The position numbers and the translations under genes were made by a program. A stretch of 64,000 nucleotides of DNA from Spirochaetales bacterium (GTDB taxonomy: Bacteria; Spirochaetota; Spirochaetia; SZUA-6; JAFGRV01): assembly GCA_016930085.1 (NCBI GenBank), contig JAFGHO010000057.1, positions 3,233 to 67,232 of the forward strand. The letters are read 5' to 3'. Below the pieces are notes generated by a model. The model had not been told where the DNA came from, ran no database searches, and was given only the letters and a program-made list of their open reading frames with translations. Shown here piece by piece: positions 9,172 to 19,377 of the stretch. The first letter of the stretch is position 1; every line of letters starts with the position of its first letter.

Positions 9172-10032
9172 TCATGTTTTTGGTTTGAATTTTGTTCGCA
9201 AAAATCTTCGTAAACGGGGCCAGAGGGGATGATCGGCGCTTTTGATGTTGAGATCAAAGAGGAAATCGTTTCGCGATGTTTTCAACCAGTCGTATAAACG
9301 GGATGAAAACTCGGCGTCCCCTATCCGCGAATGACTCATCGCCACAATCGAACGCAATTCGAGTCTGGAAAGGACTTTCCTCACGCCGCCGATCGACAGG
9401 ATAAATGCGTTCTCCGAATGCTGTTCGATATCGAGTACGGCGGCAGGCCCTTTTCCCGTTTTTCCCCTTTTCGATTCGGGTGTTTTCTTACTCTTGCCGG
9501 TCAGTTTCTCGTTCCAGATCTTTACCTGCCGGTTCATCTCCTCTTCTTCCTGATCTCCGATGAGGATTTCCGCCTGTTCGATCAGAAACGTAAGCCCCGC
9601 GTCATCCATATCTTTTACCAGATCGAGTATTTCTTTTTGAAAACGTTTCTTGAAATCCTTGCCGCCTTTTTTACCTTTATTCTTTGGTGCGTCTTCAGGC
9701 GGCTTTTTTTTACCCGCTTCCTGATACCGTTCCGCGTTTTCGACCCCGTCGAACGCTTCGAACAGCTGCCGCCCGTTTGATATGGAAAGGGCCACATTCA
9801 GACTTTCCGGTCGATCGTCATTGTCGATAACAAGGTGCCATTTCCCCGCTTTCGGGGCATGAATCGTATTTTTACCGATTTTCGCCTTGCCGCCGACGGC
9901 GGTGAAATCCGCCGACGCGCAATAGTTCGAATATTCATTACCGCTCATGAGATAGATATTTCCGGGGCAGTCAATGGAGACCACGACCGCTCCGTCTTTT
10001 TCAAGGAAAAGATATGTGTGGAGATGGTTCAT
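9172..10032 (-). CDS. hypothetical protein with Lys-rich central linker
   Basis: 286 aa. N-terminal beta-rich region, a highly basic KKKPPEDAPKNKGKKGGK linker and a C-terminal helical region. No confident family assignment. Confidence 0.5.
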   Translation of the reverse strand: MNHLHTYLFLEKDGAVVVSIDCPGNIYLMSGNEYSNYCASADFTAVGGKAKIGKNTIHAPKAGKWHLVIDNDDRPESLNVALSISNGRQLFEAFDGVENAERYQEAGKKKPPEDAPKNKGKKGGKDFKKRFQKEILDLVKDMDDAGLTFLIEQAEILIGDQEEEEMNRQVKIWNEKLTGKSKKTPESKRGKTGKGPAAVLDIEQHSENAFILSIGGVRKVLSRLELRSIVAMSHSRIGDAEFSSRLYDWLKTSRNDFLFDLNIKSADHPLWPRLRRFLRTKFKPKT

Positions 10033-10105
10033 GATAATAGTAATAGATCAAAGGCATAAAATTATCAAGACGAAATTCGGCATGGTTGCCGAACTATTTG
10101 TTTTT

Positions 10106-11011
10106 TTATTTTTTCGTTCCTTCAAGCCTTTCGATGATCTTCCGGTTTAACATGGTCATGGAAAACACGATAACGAATAGCAGCCAGGAAACAGCACTCC
10201 CCTTGCCGTATTTTCCGACGCGCTGAAGAAGCCACATAATGTAATAAGCGGAAGTGAACCCGGCATTGTCCGTTCCGCCCATCCCTTGGTAGCCATTGAG
10301 AATGACAAATGGTTCGTCGAAAAGCTGCATACCCCCGATAATACTCAGGGTGAGGGCAAAGAAAATGATGGGCAGCAGGAGGGGGAGGGTGATCGAGAGA
10401 TGTTTGCGAAAAGACGATGCCCCGTCAATATCGGCCGCTTCATAGAGTTCTTCCGGTATGGACTGAAGTCCGGCGAGATAGATGACCGTATTCCAGCCGA
10501 TGTACCGCCAGTTGATGATAATGGCGAGCGATATCGGAATGAGCTTTTTATTTTCGAGCCAGGCAATCCGATTCAAACCGAGTCCTTGAATAATGAAGTT
10601 TACGATTCCGTAATTGGTGCTGAATACATACGAAAAGATGAGGGCGATCGACACGGAACTTGTGATATACGGTAAAAAATAAGCGGTGCGAAACGCGTCC
10701 CGCCCATTTACCAACCGGTTGTTGAGGATAACGGCGAGGGGGATGGCGAAAAAATGCTGGGTAAATGATCCAAAAACAAGCAGGAAAAATGTGATGCCGA
10801 TTGTTTTCCAGAAATAGGTATCCTGAAAAAGGAGGAAAGAAAAATTTGAAATTCCCACGAATTTTACGGGTCCCATACCTCCCCAGTTTTGCAGCGAGAG
10901 GAAAAGCGAGAAGATGATCGGAAATATGCCGAAAACGGCAAAAAGAACAAAAAACGGACTCAACATGAGGTATGATGCGGTATAATATTCCCGTAAACGG
11001 TTTTTTCTCAT
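10106..11011 (-). CDS. carbohydrate ABC transporter permease (MalF/UgpA-like)
   Basis: Six hydrophobic segments. EAA loop EAADIDGASSFRKHLSITLP. Confidence 0.85.
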   Translation of the reverse strand: MRKNRLREYYTASYLMLSPFFVLFAVFGIFPIIFSLFLSLQNWGGMGPVKFVGISNFSFLLFQDTYFWKTIGITFFLLVFGSFTQHFFAIPLAVILNNRLVNGRDAFRTAYFLPYITSSVSIALIFSYVFSTNYGIVNFIIQGLGLNRIAWLENKKLIPISLAIIINWRYIGWNTVIYLAGLQSIPEELYEAADIDGASSFRKHLSITLPLLLPIIFFALTLSIIGGMQLFDEPFVILNGYQGMGGTDNAGFTSAYYIMWLLQRVGKYGKGSAVSWLLFVIVFSMTMLNRKIIERLEGTKK

Positions 11012-11015
11012 ATTT

Positions 11016-11861
11016 TTATCCCTTCAGACTCCCCGCAATTATGTGGGAGATGATCTTTTTTGAGAAAAATATGAAAACCAGAATGAGGGGAATCAGGGCC
11101 AAAGCATTTCCCATCATGAGAGCGCCGAAATCGCCTTCCGCCATAAGATGGAGCGACGAGAGAGCGACCGGGATCGTTTGCATGTTTCGTTCGGGAAGCA
11201 TGACAAGCGCGTAAAGGAGATCGTTCCAGGATCCGATAAACGTGACTGTTCCGAGTACCCCAAGGCCCGGTTTCGCGAGGGGAAACCCGATAAAAATTAA
11301 TATCTTGTATTCATTGAGTCCGTCGATCCGTGCCGCATCGAGGAGTTCGTCGGGGATCGAGGTCGAGAGGTATTGTGTCATGAGGAATATCCCGAAAGCG
11401 TCCGCCATACCCGGAATGACCATGGGGAGATAGGTATTCACCCATTTGAACCAGACCATCATTTTAAAGAGGGGAATAATATTGAGAAAGCGGGGAATCA
11501 TGATCGTGATAAGGATAAAAGAGAAAATCAAGGATTTCCCGGGGAAACGGTATTTTGCGAGCACGAATCCCGATGCCGTACAGAAAACAAGACGGGTCGA
11601 AGTTGCCAGGATCGCGATGGCCGTGCTGTGGATCGCGTTCATTCCGAACGGAATCTGCCGGATGAGGCGATGGAGATTGTAAAGACTATGCTGACCGAAA
11701 ATAATGGGCGGGGGAATATTGAAAATGGTATCGTAACTTCGCGTGGCAAGTACAAATACATAATAAAAAGGAAAGGTAAATATGAGAAAAAAGAATAAAA
11801 GGACCGTATAAAGCAGAAACCTTCGCAGCAGTTTCTTTGTTTTATACATGACAAGATTCAT
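11016..11861 (-). CDS. carbohydrate ABC transporter permease (MalG/UgpE-like)
   Basis: EAA loop DAARIDGLNEYKILIFIGFP. Polytopic. Sits 4 nt upstream of its partner permease. Confidence 0.85.
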   Translation of the reverse strand: MNLVMYKTKKLLRRFLLYTVLLFFFLIFTFPFYYVFVLATRSYDTIFNIPPPIIFGQHSLYNLHRLIRQIPFGMNAIHSTAIAILATSTRLVFCTASGFVLAKYRFPGKSLIFSFILITIMIPRFLNIIPLFKMMVWFKWVNTYLPMVIPGMADAFGIFLMTQYLSTSIPDELLDAARIDGLNEYKILIFIGFPLAKPGLGVLGTVTFIGSWNDLLYALVMLPERNMQTIPVALSSLHLMAEGDFGALMMGNALALIPLILVFIFFSKKIISHIIAGSLKG

Positions 11862-12037
11862 TTATTCCGCCGCTTTCTCTCTTTTATTACGATGGTACCG
11901 GCGTCCGAGATATCACGCTTTATTTCTCAGACCCGATACTCGCCATCGTCTCCTATCGATCATATCATACCGCATAAACGGCAATTAAAACCTTAGCTTT
12001 TTTGCCGGAGATTCTGCGTTATTTTGTCGTGCGTGTT

Positions 12038-13240
12038 TTACTCCCTGATTGCCGGGTGAATAGGAATCCATCCGGCGGGATCTGCCATATCTTTCGCAAT
12101 CATACCGATCGCAACCTTTGCGGTCAGTTCCGCATAGAGGTATTCCTTCCCGAATGCCTCTATCCTTGCCCCCGTTCCGCCCAGGATACCGTTATCGACA
12201 CCCGCTCCCGAATGAGAATAAACAGCCGATACAAAGAGGACGGCATCGGCACCGAGGTGATGAAGGAGAATGACATACAGGAGGGAGCGTGAGTCGCAAT
12301 CACCGATACCCAGCACCGCAGACGTCAGGGGGGAGATAATATCTCCGATCGAGTTCGATTCTTCATACGAAAAGTTCTGAATCCATGTGAGAAACAAGGA
12401 AATCATCTCCTTTTTATTCTTCCCCTTTTTCTCGCATTCGACAACGAGAAGATCAAACAGATCGTCGAGCCGGTGGTAGGAGTCCCGGTAAATCATTCTG
12501 TAAAAACGCTCCCATGCCTTTATCCTGTTGGTTTCATAGGCTGCAAGCACCAGCGCCTCTCGTTCGATGACAAGCTGCGAAGCCTCGACTTCATTTGCGT
12601 CGATCCCGAGGGAGAGCGATGTATCGAGAAATTTCACTTCAGCTTTTTCTTTCCGAGGCCCCGGGAAGGGATAATAATACTGGCTTACCGGTCCCGGATA
12701 GAAAATCCCCTCTTCATCCAGCGAAAACGAATCAAGCGCGGAAAGGATAAACGCGTGAAAGGTTTCAAAAAGATCTTTCGGCGCGAAACAGAACACCCCG
12801 TAATCATAATCCTTTCCGTTTATAAAGATAAAATAGCCTCTGGCGATAAAGGAACCTGTCTGGAAGGTAAGTTCGGAAAAGTAGGAGTTTTTCATGGAAA
12901 AAATAAAGTTTTCTCCTTCACCTTCAGCATTCATCTGTTTTTTCACCGTTTCGAACATATCCTGGGCCTTGAAAAAGGTTTCTCCGGGATAGCTTGCAAC
13001 CTGGAGAACGACCGAATGCGACGGATCGGTAAAGGATATATAGGCGAGGTTCGAAGCATCCAGAAGCACCCAGTTTTCAGGAATATCGAGACGGTACGGA
13101 TACCCTTCAACCTGAACGTCTTCGCAATAGGAGCTGAGTGAAACAAAAGCCATGAAGACCAAAACTGCCCTGAACAGGACCGGTTTCATACTCATATATT
13201 CCCCTTTCACGGGAGTAGAACCCCGTTTTATAATATACAC
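12038..13240 (-). CDS. secreted hypothetical protein with possible transglutaminase-like Cys-His-Asp core
   Basis: Signal peptide MKPVLFRAVLVFMAFVSLSS. The C-terminal segment GIGDCDSRSLLYVILLHHLGADAV resembles the catalytic Cys region of transglutaminase-like proteases. A GGAGG SD precedes the first ATG. An alternative start lies at 13195. Confidence 0.45.
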   Translation of the reverse strand: MYIIKRGSTPVKGEYMSMKPVLFRAVLVFMAFVSLSSYCEDVQVEGYPYRLDIPENWVLLDASNLAYISFTDPSHSVVLQVASYPGETFFKAQDMFETVKKQMNAEGEGENFIFSMKNSYFSELTFQTGSFIARGYFIFINGKDYDYGVFCFAPKDLFETFHAFILSALDSFSLDEEGIFYPGPVSQYYYPFPGPRKEKAEVKFLDTSLSLGIDANEVEASQLVIEREALVLAAYETNRIKAWERFYRMIYRDSYHRLDDLFDLLVVECEKKGKNKKEMISLFLTWIQNFSYEESNSIGDIISPLTSAVLGIGDCDSRSLLYVILLHHLGADAVLFVSAVYSHSGAGVDNGILGGTGARIEAFGKEYLYAELTAKVAIGMIAKDMADPAGWIPIHPAIRE

Positions 13241-13501
13241 CTCCGGGGTAAAAGAATCCGGCAGTAAAACAGTTATTATTCTATTATCGTCCTGCTTTTT
13301 ATAAATACATATGTTTTTCCTAAGAAATATACGGCGTATTTACCGTTTGATTTTCATGGCCGTATTCTTTATATTCTCATCTATACGGGTTAAATGCATC
13401 CCGAAACGCAGGTGTTTTTTCCCCATACATCAGAAAGAATAAAGAGGTCATACGGTAACAGGAGATTGATTTTCGGGCTTTAGTAATTTTTCGAGGAGGG
13501 T

Positions 13502-14695
13502 TTGATGAGAAGATTTGTTGTGATAATGCTGATTCTGACCGGATTAAGTCCGTATGCGCGGGCAAATATCGCTGCCCCTTTCGGGATTACCGGGGTGGCG
13601 GGCGATATCCTCTCACTGAAAGGTGACGGGGAAAAGCTTCGCATCGAAAAAGAGATACTCGTTCTGGACCTGAGAGAGAACGCTTCGGATCCCGAACCAT
13701 GTTCTGCAACATACCGGATAGTCAATCCGGAAAATACTCCTGTGAAAAGCGACCTCATTTTTCTTTCACCGGAGGCACATCGGATTTCCATCAGTATCGA
13801 CGGACAAGCCGTATCGTCGGTCACAAAAATAATCGATATCAACGAAATCCCCTGGGCGCGCGAGGACGAGTTCCCCCGTGAAATACGAACCTATACGGCA
13901 GAGCAATTCTCTCTCGAGTGCCCGCCGGGTGAACGAAAATCGATCGAGGTCCGATTCAGACTTTCACCCGGGTGGCATAACATGTCCGGGAGAACGGGAC
14001 CGACGGCCCCGCAGGCCGCACATCTTTTGAATCTCTTCAGAGACGACAGGGGCACACAATGGTATGTGTATGATCTTTTTGCATCACACACATTCAAAGG
14101 CGGTTTTTCGGAACTGGAACTTATTGTCAAGACACCCGGAAATGCAACGCTTCTATCGAATCTGGACCTCATGGAACGCCCGGTACCCGCGGATATTCCT
14201 TCGGAAAAACCTTACAGGCTGTATGCAGAAACATTTGACGAGATACCGGTAGAGCTGCTCGATATCAAGCTTATGTACCCTGTCGAATACAACTTCCTGG
14301 GCGTGACGGCCGGTTATTATGGATGCCACTTCCCCTTTGACGGGAGGCCCGTTCAGTGGCTTACGTTCAGCGGATCGATCGACCTCTATTTTTTAAATCA
14401 CCAGCTTTCGTGCGGAATCGAAGGCGATCCGGTAAATAAAGCGTTCAATCTTTGTTTTCTCTATACGATGTATCCTCCGGGGAAAAGCGATAGTTTTTTT
14501 GGATATTTAATCGACATCCGGGGCGGCGGCGGCGTTCTCATCGATTATGTCAACGATGAATCAATCGGCTTCAGGATTTTTGCCGGGCTAAAATTTCTTG
14601 TTGTCACCTATGAGCTTTATTACGATTTTTATCCTTTTATCGATGACGGAAGCTTCAGGCACGGTGTGGGGGTAAGGACGTCAATGGCTTTCTGA
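13502..14695 (+). CDS. secreted hypothetical protein
   Basis: Signal peptide MMRRFVVIMLILTGLSPYARA. 397 aa. Aromatic-rich C-terminus. No recognised domain. Confidence 0.5.
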   Translation: MMRRFVVIMLILTGLSPYARANIAAPFGITGVAGDILSLKGDGEKLRIEKEILVLDLRENASDPEPCSATYRIVNPENTPVKSDLIFLSPEAHRISISIDGQAVSSVTKIIDINEIPWAREDEFPREIRTYTAEQFSLECPPGERKSIEVRFRLSPGWHNMSGRTGPTAPQAAHLLNLFRDDRGTQWYVYDLFASHTFKGGFSELELIVKTPGNATLLSNLDLMERPVPADIPSEKPYRLYAETFDEIPVELLDIKLMYPVEYNFLGVTAGYYGCHFPFDGRPVQWLTFSGSIDLYFLNHQLSCGIEGDPVNKAFNLCFLYTMYPPGKSDSFFGYLIDIRGGGGVLIDYVNDESIGFRIFAGLKFLVVTYELYYDFYPFIDDGSFRHGVGVRTSMAF

Positions 14696-14953
14696 TAGGG
14701 TAAAATAGGTTGATTATCTGATACAAAAAACCAAGATTATGCTGATGTGCTTTTTGGCATAGATGGATTATATTAGTAATATAAACGTTGAGTAAAAAAA
14801 TATAAAACATAACGTGATAAAAGAGAATATTTTTTATTATAGAAATGGGATACGATTAAAGTAACTGTTTTTTTTCTTTCACCTGTCATAGTTCAAGTAT
14901 CCCGGCGCCTCATAAGCGCGTTCGATAAAAAATAAACGTGATGTCGCACCGGG

Positions 14954-14984
14954 GAGCAGCTTTCGACGGCTGCTCTTTTTTTTT
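14954..14984 (+). terminator. strong rho-independent terminator in long intergenic region
   Basis: Perfect 7-bp stem GAGCAGC / GCTGCTC, 8-nt loop, then a run of 9 T. It lies about 260 nt downstream of the 13502-14695 gene and about 225 nt upstream of the kinase gene. Confidence 0.6.
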
Positions 14985-15208
14985 GGCTTCGAAAGGGCAC
15001 TCCTGCACACCGTTTGTTCGACACAAACGGCGATTGTCGAGGCAGACAATCAAGGTATACCACGGATGGAATGCGGAAAACCGAATGAGAAATACAAAAC
15101 ATGATAGGTAAAAATCATTTGCTATATTCTTGAAATTAATTTATGCTATTAGTAGTATATGTCATATATGACCTCCTGAAAAAAAAACATTTTTTACCGG
15201 AGACACCA

Positions 15209-17794
15209 ATGGTGAGGAGACACAGCATCAAGTTCAAACTCACGGCCGCCTTTTTATCGATCATGATCGTTGTACTTCTCTTCCAATTTTTTTATCTAGG
15301 ACCACGTTTCGTGAAAGGGGAAATCGATAATGCGAAGAATAATCTGGTTTTTATAAACAGCAATATCACATCGGGTTTTCAGTTTCGTTTTGTACAGGCT
15401 GTGGATGAACTCGAAAGAATGGCGGACATTCCCGGTCTCGACACCATGAACAGGGAGACACTCGACGGGATGATCTCGATATTCAATGAGTCAAACGTCT
15501 TTTTCAATTACTTTTTCGTTATGGATCGAACAGGAAGATGGATTTCTTTTCCGACGATCCCGGAAAATGTCGGGACGCGCATACCGGAAAACAATATGTA
15601 TTGGGTCGAGCAAACCTTCTCTGGCGGATCGACGGTATTTCTCGATGTTCTCCGGTCGGTCACCTGCACCCTCGTCAGCGGATTTTCCACACCGATCGGT
15701 CCGGATAAACAAAACGCCCGCACGCTTCTCCGGGGTGTTTTTGTTGTATCCGAAGAAAATTCACTTGTGAATCTGATCAGGGGTATTCGGGTCGGTTCGG
15801 GCGGTTACGCGTACCTCGTCGCATCGAACGGCTGGCTTTTGGTCCATCCCGGCAGGGAACTCCTGTATGAAGACTACGATGCGTACAGCATGATGGAATA
15901 CGAACCGGTGAGAATGGCGCTCGCGGGCGAGAACGGTATTACCGAATACGAGTATGAAGGGGAGACCTGGCTTGCCGCCTACGGGACCATCCCCCTTACC
16001 GGGTGGGCCGTTATCGTTCAGCAGCCCAAAGAAGGAATACTCAGGAAGGCGCAAAGCGAGTCGGGTATCATCAACCTCCTCGTCTTCGGTATTTTCGTTT
16101 TTATTTTCATCGCCGTTCTGGTTATTATCAACCGTTCCCTCAAACCGCTTTCCAATCTGGTGAATCAGATTAAAACGAGGTCGAGGCCGTTTGCTTCGAC
16201 ATATGCAAAAGACGAAATAGGAGAGCTGGCGCGGGAGTTCGATCATCTCTACGCCGACCTCTACCGGTCGAATGAAAAAATAACAAAATCGGAGTTTCGG
16301 TTCAGGCTTCTTTTCAATAACGCCAAAGACGCGATCTTTTTTCATGATATGTCGGGAAATATTTTAGAGGTCAATCAGGTCGCCTGCAACCGGCTCGGCT
16401 ACACCCGCGAAGAACTTATCGGAGAAAATGTCGCCAAAATAGACGCCCCTTCCTCGCGTGTTCTGATAGAAAAGAGGTTGAATATAATGAAGGAAAAGGG
16501 CTTCATTCTCTTTGAAGCCGAACATATGACGAAAGACGGGAAAATCATACCGGTAGAAATAAACAGTTCCGTCATTGACCTCGAAGAGGGGAAAGCCACC
16601 CTGAGTATCGTCCGCGACCTGACGGAAAGAAAGGAAGCCGAAAAGGAACGGAAAAAACTCGAACAACAAATCATCCAGGCCCAGAAACTGGAAGCCCTGG
16701 GTACGCTCGCGGGCGGGTTCGCCCATGATTTCAACAACCTTCTCATGGGTATCCAGGTCAATGCCACACTTCTCCATGCGAACCTGTCGGGCGACAGGGA
16801 AAATCTCGTCAGGGTGAACGATATCGGGGAACTCGTTCATCGGGGGATTTCACTGACCAGGCAGCTACTGGGTCTCGGACGGGGCGGGAAATACGAAGTG
16901 GAGGTTGTCGATGTCAATGACCTTTTGAATAAAAGCGCGACCCTCTTCGGCCGAAGCAGAAAAGAGATCCGCATCCATTTCAGTTTTGACAGTGAATTGA
17001 TGGCCGTTGAAGCGGACAGGGGGCAGCTCGAACAGGTTTTCCTCAATCTGTATGTCAATGCCTGGCAGGCAATGCCGGACGGCGGCGATCTTTACATCGG
17101 TACGGAGAATGTGAAACTCGAAATATCCGATGAAAACGGGTTTTCATTGCCTTCCGGCATGTATGTCAAAATTTCGATCACCGATACCGGAGAGGGTATC
17201 GACGAATCGATACGGCAGAAGGTCTTCGATCCTTTTTTTACCACAAAGGAAGGAACCGGAAGCGGTCTCGGGCTTGCCTCTTCCTACGGTATTGTCAGGA
17301 ATCACAATGGAAATATCACCATTTACAGTGAAAAGGGGAAAGGGTCCACCTTTAATATTTATCTTCCGGCGACGGGAAAGCATCCGGAACCTGTCATGAG
17401 TGAAGAAGACAGGAAAATACCGGGCGGAAAGGAGACGATCCTTCTGGTCGATGACGAAGAGACGATCATCAGGTCGGGGAAGGCATTTTTCAAGACCCTC
17501 GGTTATACGGTACTCGCCGCTTCTTCGGGGCACGATGCCCTTGCGATCTACCGACAAAAAAAAGAGTCGATCGATATTGTAATTCTGGACCTGATTATGC
17601 CCGGTATGGGAGGAAGAGAGACCTTCGCTGAATTAAAAAAAATCGATCCGGCGGTAAAGGTCCTGCTTTCAAGCGGGTACAGCATCAATGGTCAGGCACA
17701 GGAACTCTTGAACAAAGGATGCCTGGGATTTCTTCAAAAGCCGTTTTCGCTATTGCAGGCGGCTAAAAAAATCAGGTCGATTCTCGACGGCTAA
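15209..17794 (+). CDS. hybrid sensor histidine kinase (TM-dCache-HAMP-PAS-HisKA-HATPase-REC)
   Basis: N-terminal TM helix, an extracytoplasmic Cache-like region, a second TM helix and a HAMP domain. PAS is followed by an H-box LAGGFAHDFNNLL, an HATPase G-boxes GEGIDES / GSGLGLA, and a C-terminal receiver LLVDDEE...ILDLIMPGMGG. Confidence 0.9.
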   Translation: MVRRHSIKFKLTAAFLSIMIVVLLFQFFYLGPRFVKGEIDNAKNNLVFINSNITSGFQFRFVQAVDELERMADIPGLDTMNRETLDGMISIFNESNVFFNYFFVMDRTGRWISFPTIPENVGTRIPENNMYWVEQTFSGGSTVFLDVLRSVTCTLVSGFSTPIGPDKQNARTLLRGVFVVSEENSLVNLIRGIRVGSGGYAYLVASNGWLLVHPGRELLYEDYDAYSMMEYEPVRMALAGENGITEYEYEGETWLAAYGTIPLTGWAVIVQQPKEGILRKAQSESGIINLLVFGIFVFIFIAVLVIINRSLKPLSNLVNQIKTRSRPFASTYAKDEIGELAREFDHLYADLYRSNEKITKSEFRFRLLFNNAKDAIFFHDMSGNILEVNQVACNRLGYTREELIGENVAKIDAPSSRVLIEKRLNIMKEKGFILFEAEHMTKDGKIIPVEINSSVIDLEEGKATLSIVRDLTERKEAEKERKKLEQQIIQAQKLEALGTLAGGFAHDFNNLLMGIQVNATLLHANLSGDRENLVRVNDIGELVHRGISLTRQLLGLGRGGKYEVEVVDVNDLLNKSATLFGRSRKEIRIHFSFDSELMAVEADRGQLEQVFLNLYVNAWQAMPDGGDLYIGTENVKLEISDENGFSLPSGMYVKISITDTGEGIDESIRQKVFDPFFTTKEGTGSGLGLASSYGIVRNHNGNITIYSEKGKGSTFNIYLPATGKHPEPVMSEEDRKIPGGKETILLVDDEETIIRSGKAFFKTLGYTVLAASSGHDALAIYRQKKESIDIVILDLIMPGMGGRETFAELKKIDPAVKVLLSSGYSINGQAQELLNKGCLGFLQKPFSLLQAAKKIRSILDG

Positions 17795-19377
17795 CCCTCC
17801 GGGGTTTCAGTCCCGACATGATTATCTATCATACGCAAAAGTATATCCTGCTGAAGCGGTTTCGCCAGATAATCGTCACATCCGCTGTCGATGCATTTTT
17901 TCCGTTCACCCTTGAGTGCGGAGGCTGTCAGTGCGATGATCGGCGTCCGCTTCCACCCGGATTCTTTTTCCTTTTGCCGTATTTTACCGGCGACCTCGTA
18001 GCCGTCTTTGGAGGGAAGTTGAATATCCATCAGAATGATATCGATTGAATCGTGAAGCAGGCAGTAGCGTGAAAATCCCGCTTCACCGTCGGATTCGGTG
18101 ACCACCTCATGATTGTTTATTTCCAGAATGCGCTGCACCAGCATGCTGCTTATCCTGTCGTCTTCTATCAAAAGAATGGTAAGTCCTTCTCTTGATTTCG
18201 TTGCCGGAAAATCGTCCCCGGCTATTATTTCTTTTTCCCGTGCGGGGTCATAGGGGAGGGTAAAATAAAATATCGTACCGTGGTCGTGGCCGGTTTTCGA
18301 TTCAAACCAGATCCTGCCGCCCATATGTTCGACGAGTTTTTTGCAGATTGTCAGTCCGAGTCCCGACCCACCGAACTTTTTATGGATCGTGCTGTCCGCC
18401 TGTCTGAAGGCATCGAAGATAACGCCAGATTTGTCCTCCGGTATACCATATCCGGTATCTTTTACATAAAAACGGAGAAATCCATCGTTGTCAAAATCCA
18501 CTCCGAACTCGATATTTCCCTCCTGTGTAAACTTCACGGCGTTACCGATCAGATTATAGAGGATCTGCTTGAGCCTTGTCGGATCGATGATAACAAGATC
18601 GTGCAGACTGAGATTATAATTCGAGTGAAGATCGATCTTTTTACCGCTTTGTTCGATGAGAAGCCGTGCGTGCGAACCGGTATTGTCCAAGATCGTTTTG
18701 AGTGAAAAAGGCGTACGGACGATCGGAATATGTCCGCTTTCGATGATCGAGAGATCAAGAAGATCATCGATAAGCGAGCAGAGCAATTTACCGCTTTCAC
18801 GAATGATCTCCAGATACTGCCGCTGTTCTTTTGAGATGGGGCTTTCGAGCATGAGATTTGTGAATCCGATAATTCCATTGAGTGGCGTTCGTATTTCATG
18901 CGATATATTGGCGAGAAATGCGGATTTCAACCTGTCCGATTCTTCCGCTCTTTTCTTTGCCTGCGAAAGGTCCTGAAGTATTTTACGCTCACGCATGACC
19001 CGTCGAACCCTGATAATGATCTCGTTCATGCTTATCGGTTTGGTAAAAAAATCACTTGCGCCGAGTTCAAGAATTTCGTCGTATGTGTATAACTCCGTAT
19101 AACCGGTCATGACAATGACATCCGCATCGTATTGCCGCTTGATAAATGAAAGAAGATCGATTCCGTCCATGTCCGGCATTTTTATGTCGGTAATGACAAT
19201 GTCGATGACGGTTTTCGAAAGGATATCGAGTGCCTCGGCCGCAGTGGAAGTTGTTATACAGCGATAGCCGGTGATACTGAGTGTATTTTCGAATACGATT
19301 CTGATCTGACGCTCGTCATCGACAACAAGAATCGTACTGTTCGCAGTCTCTTTTTCATGATTATTCACCGCTTTCAT
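17791..19377 (-). CDS. hybrid histidine kinase (REC-HisKA-HATPase-REC)
   Basis: N-terminal receiver ILVVDDE...DIVITDIKMPDMDG. H-box LANISHEIRTPLN. HATPase DTGYGIPE / GGSGLGL. Second receiver ILLIEDD...ILMDIQLPSKDG. Confidence 0.9.
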   Translation of the reverse strand: MKAVNNHEKETANSTILVVDDERQIRIVFENTLSITGYRCITTSTAAEALDILSKTVIDIVITDIKMPDMDGIDLLSFIKRQYDADVIVMTGYTELYTYDEILELGASDFFTKPISMNEIIIRVRRVMRERKILQDLSQAKKRAEESDRLKSAFLANISHEIRTPLNGIIGFTNLMLESPISKEQRQYLEIIRESGKLLCSLIDDLLDLSIIESGHIPIVRTPFSLKTILDNTGSHARLLIEQSGKKIDLHSNYNLSLHDLVIIDPTRLKQILYNLIGNAVKFTQEGNIEFGVDFDNDGFLRFYVKDTGYGIPEDKSGVIFDAFRQADSTIHKKFGGSGLGLTICKKLVEHMGGRIWFESKTGHDHGTIFYFTLPYDPAREKEIIAGDDFPATKSREGLTILLIEDDRISSMLVQRILEINNHEVVTESDGEAGFSRYCLLHDSIDIILMDIQLPSKDGYEVAGKIRQKEKESGWKRTPIIALTASALKGERKKCIDSGCDDYLAKPLQQDILLRMIDNHVGTETPEG

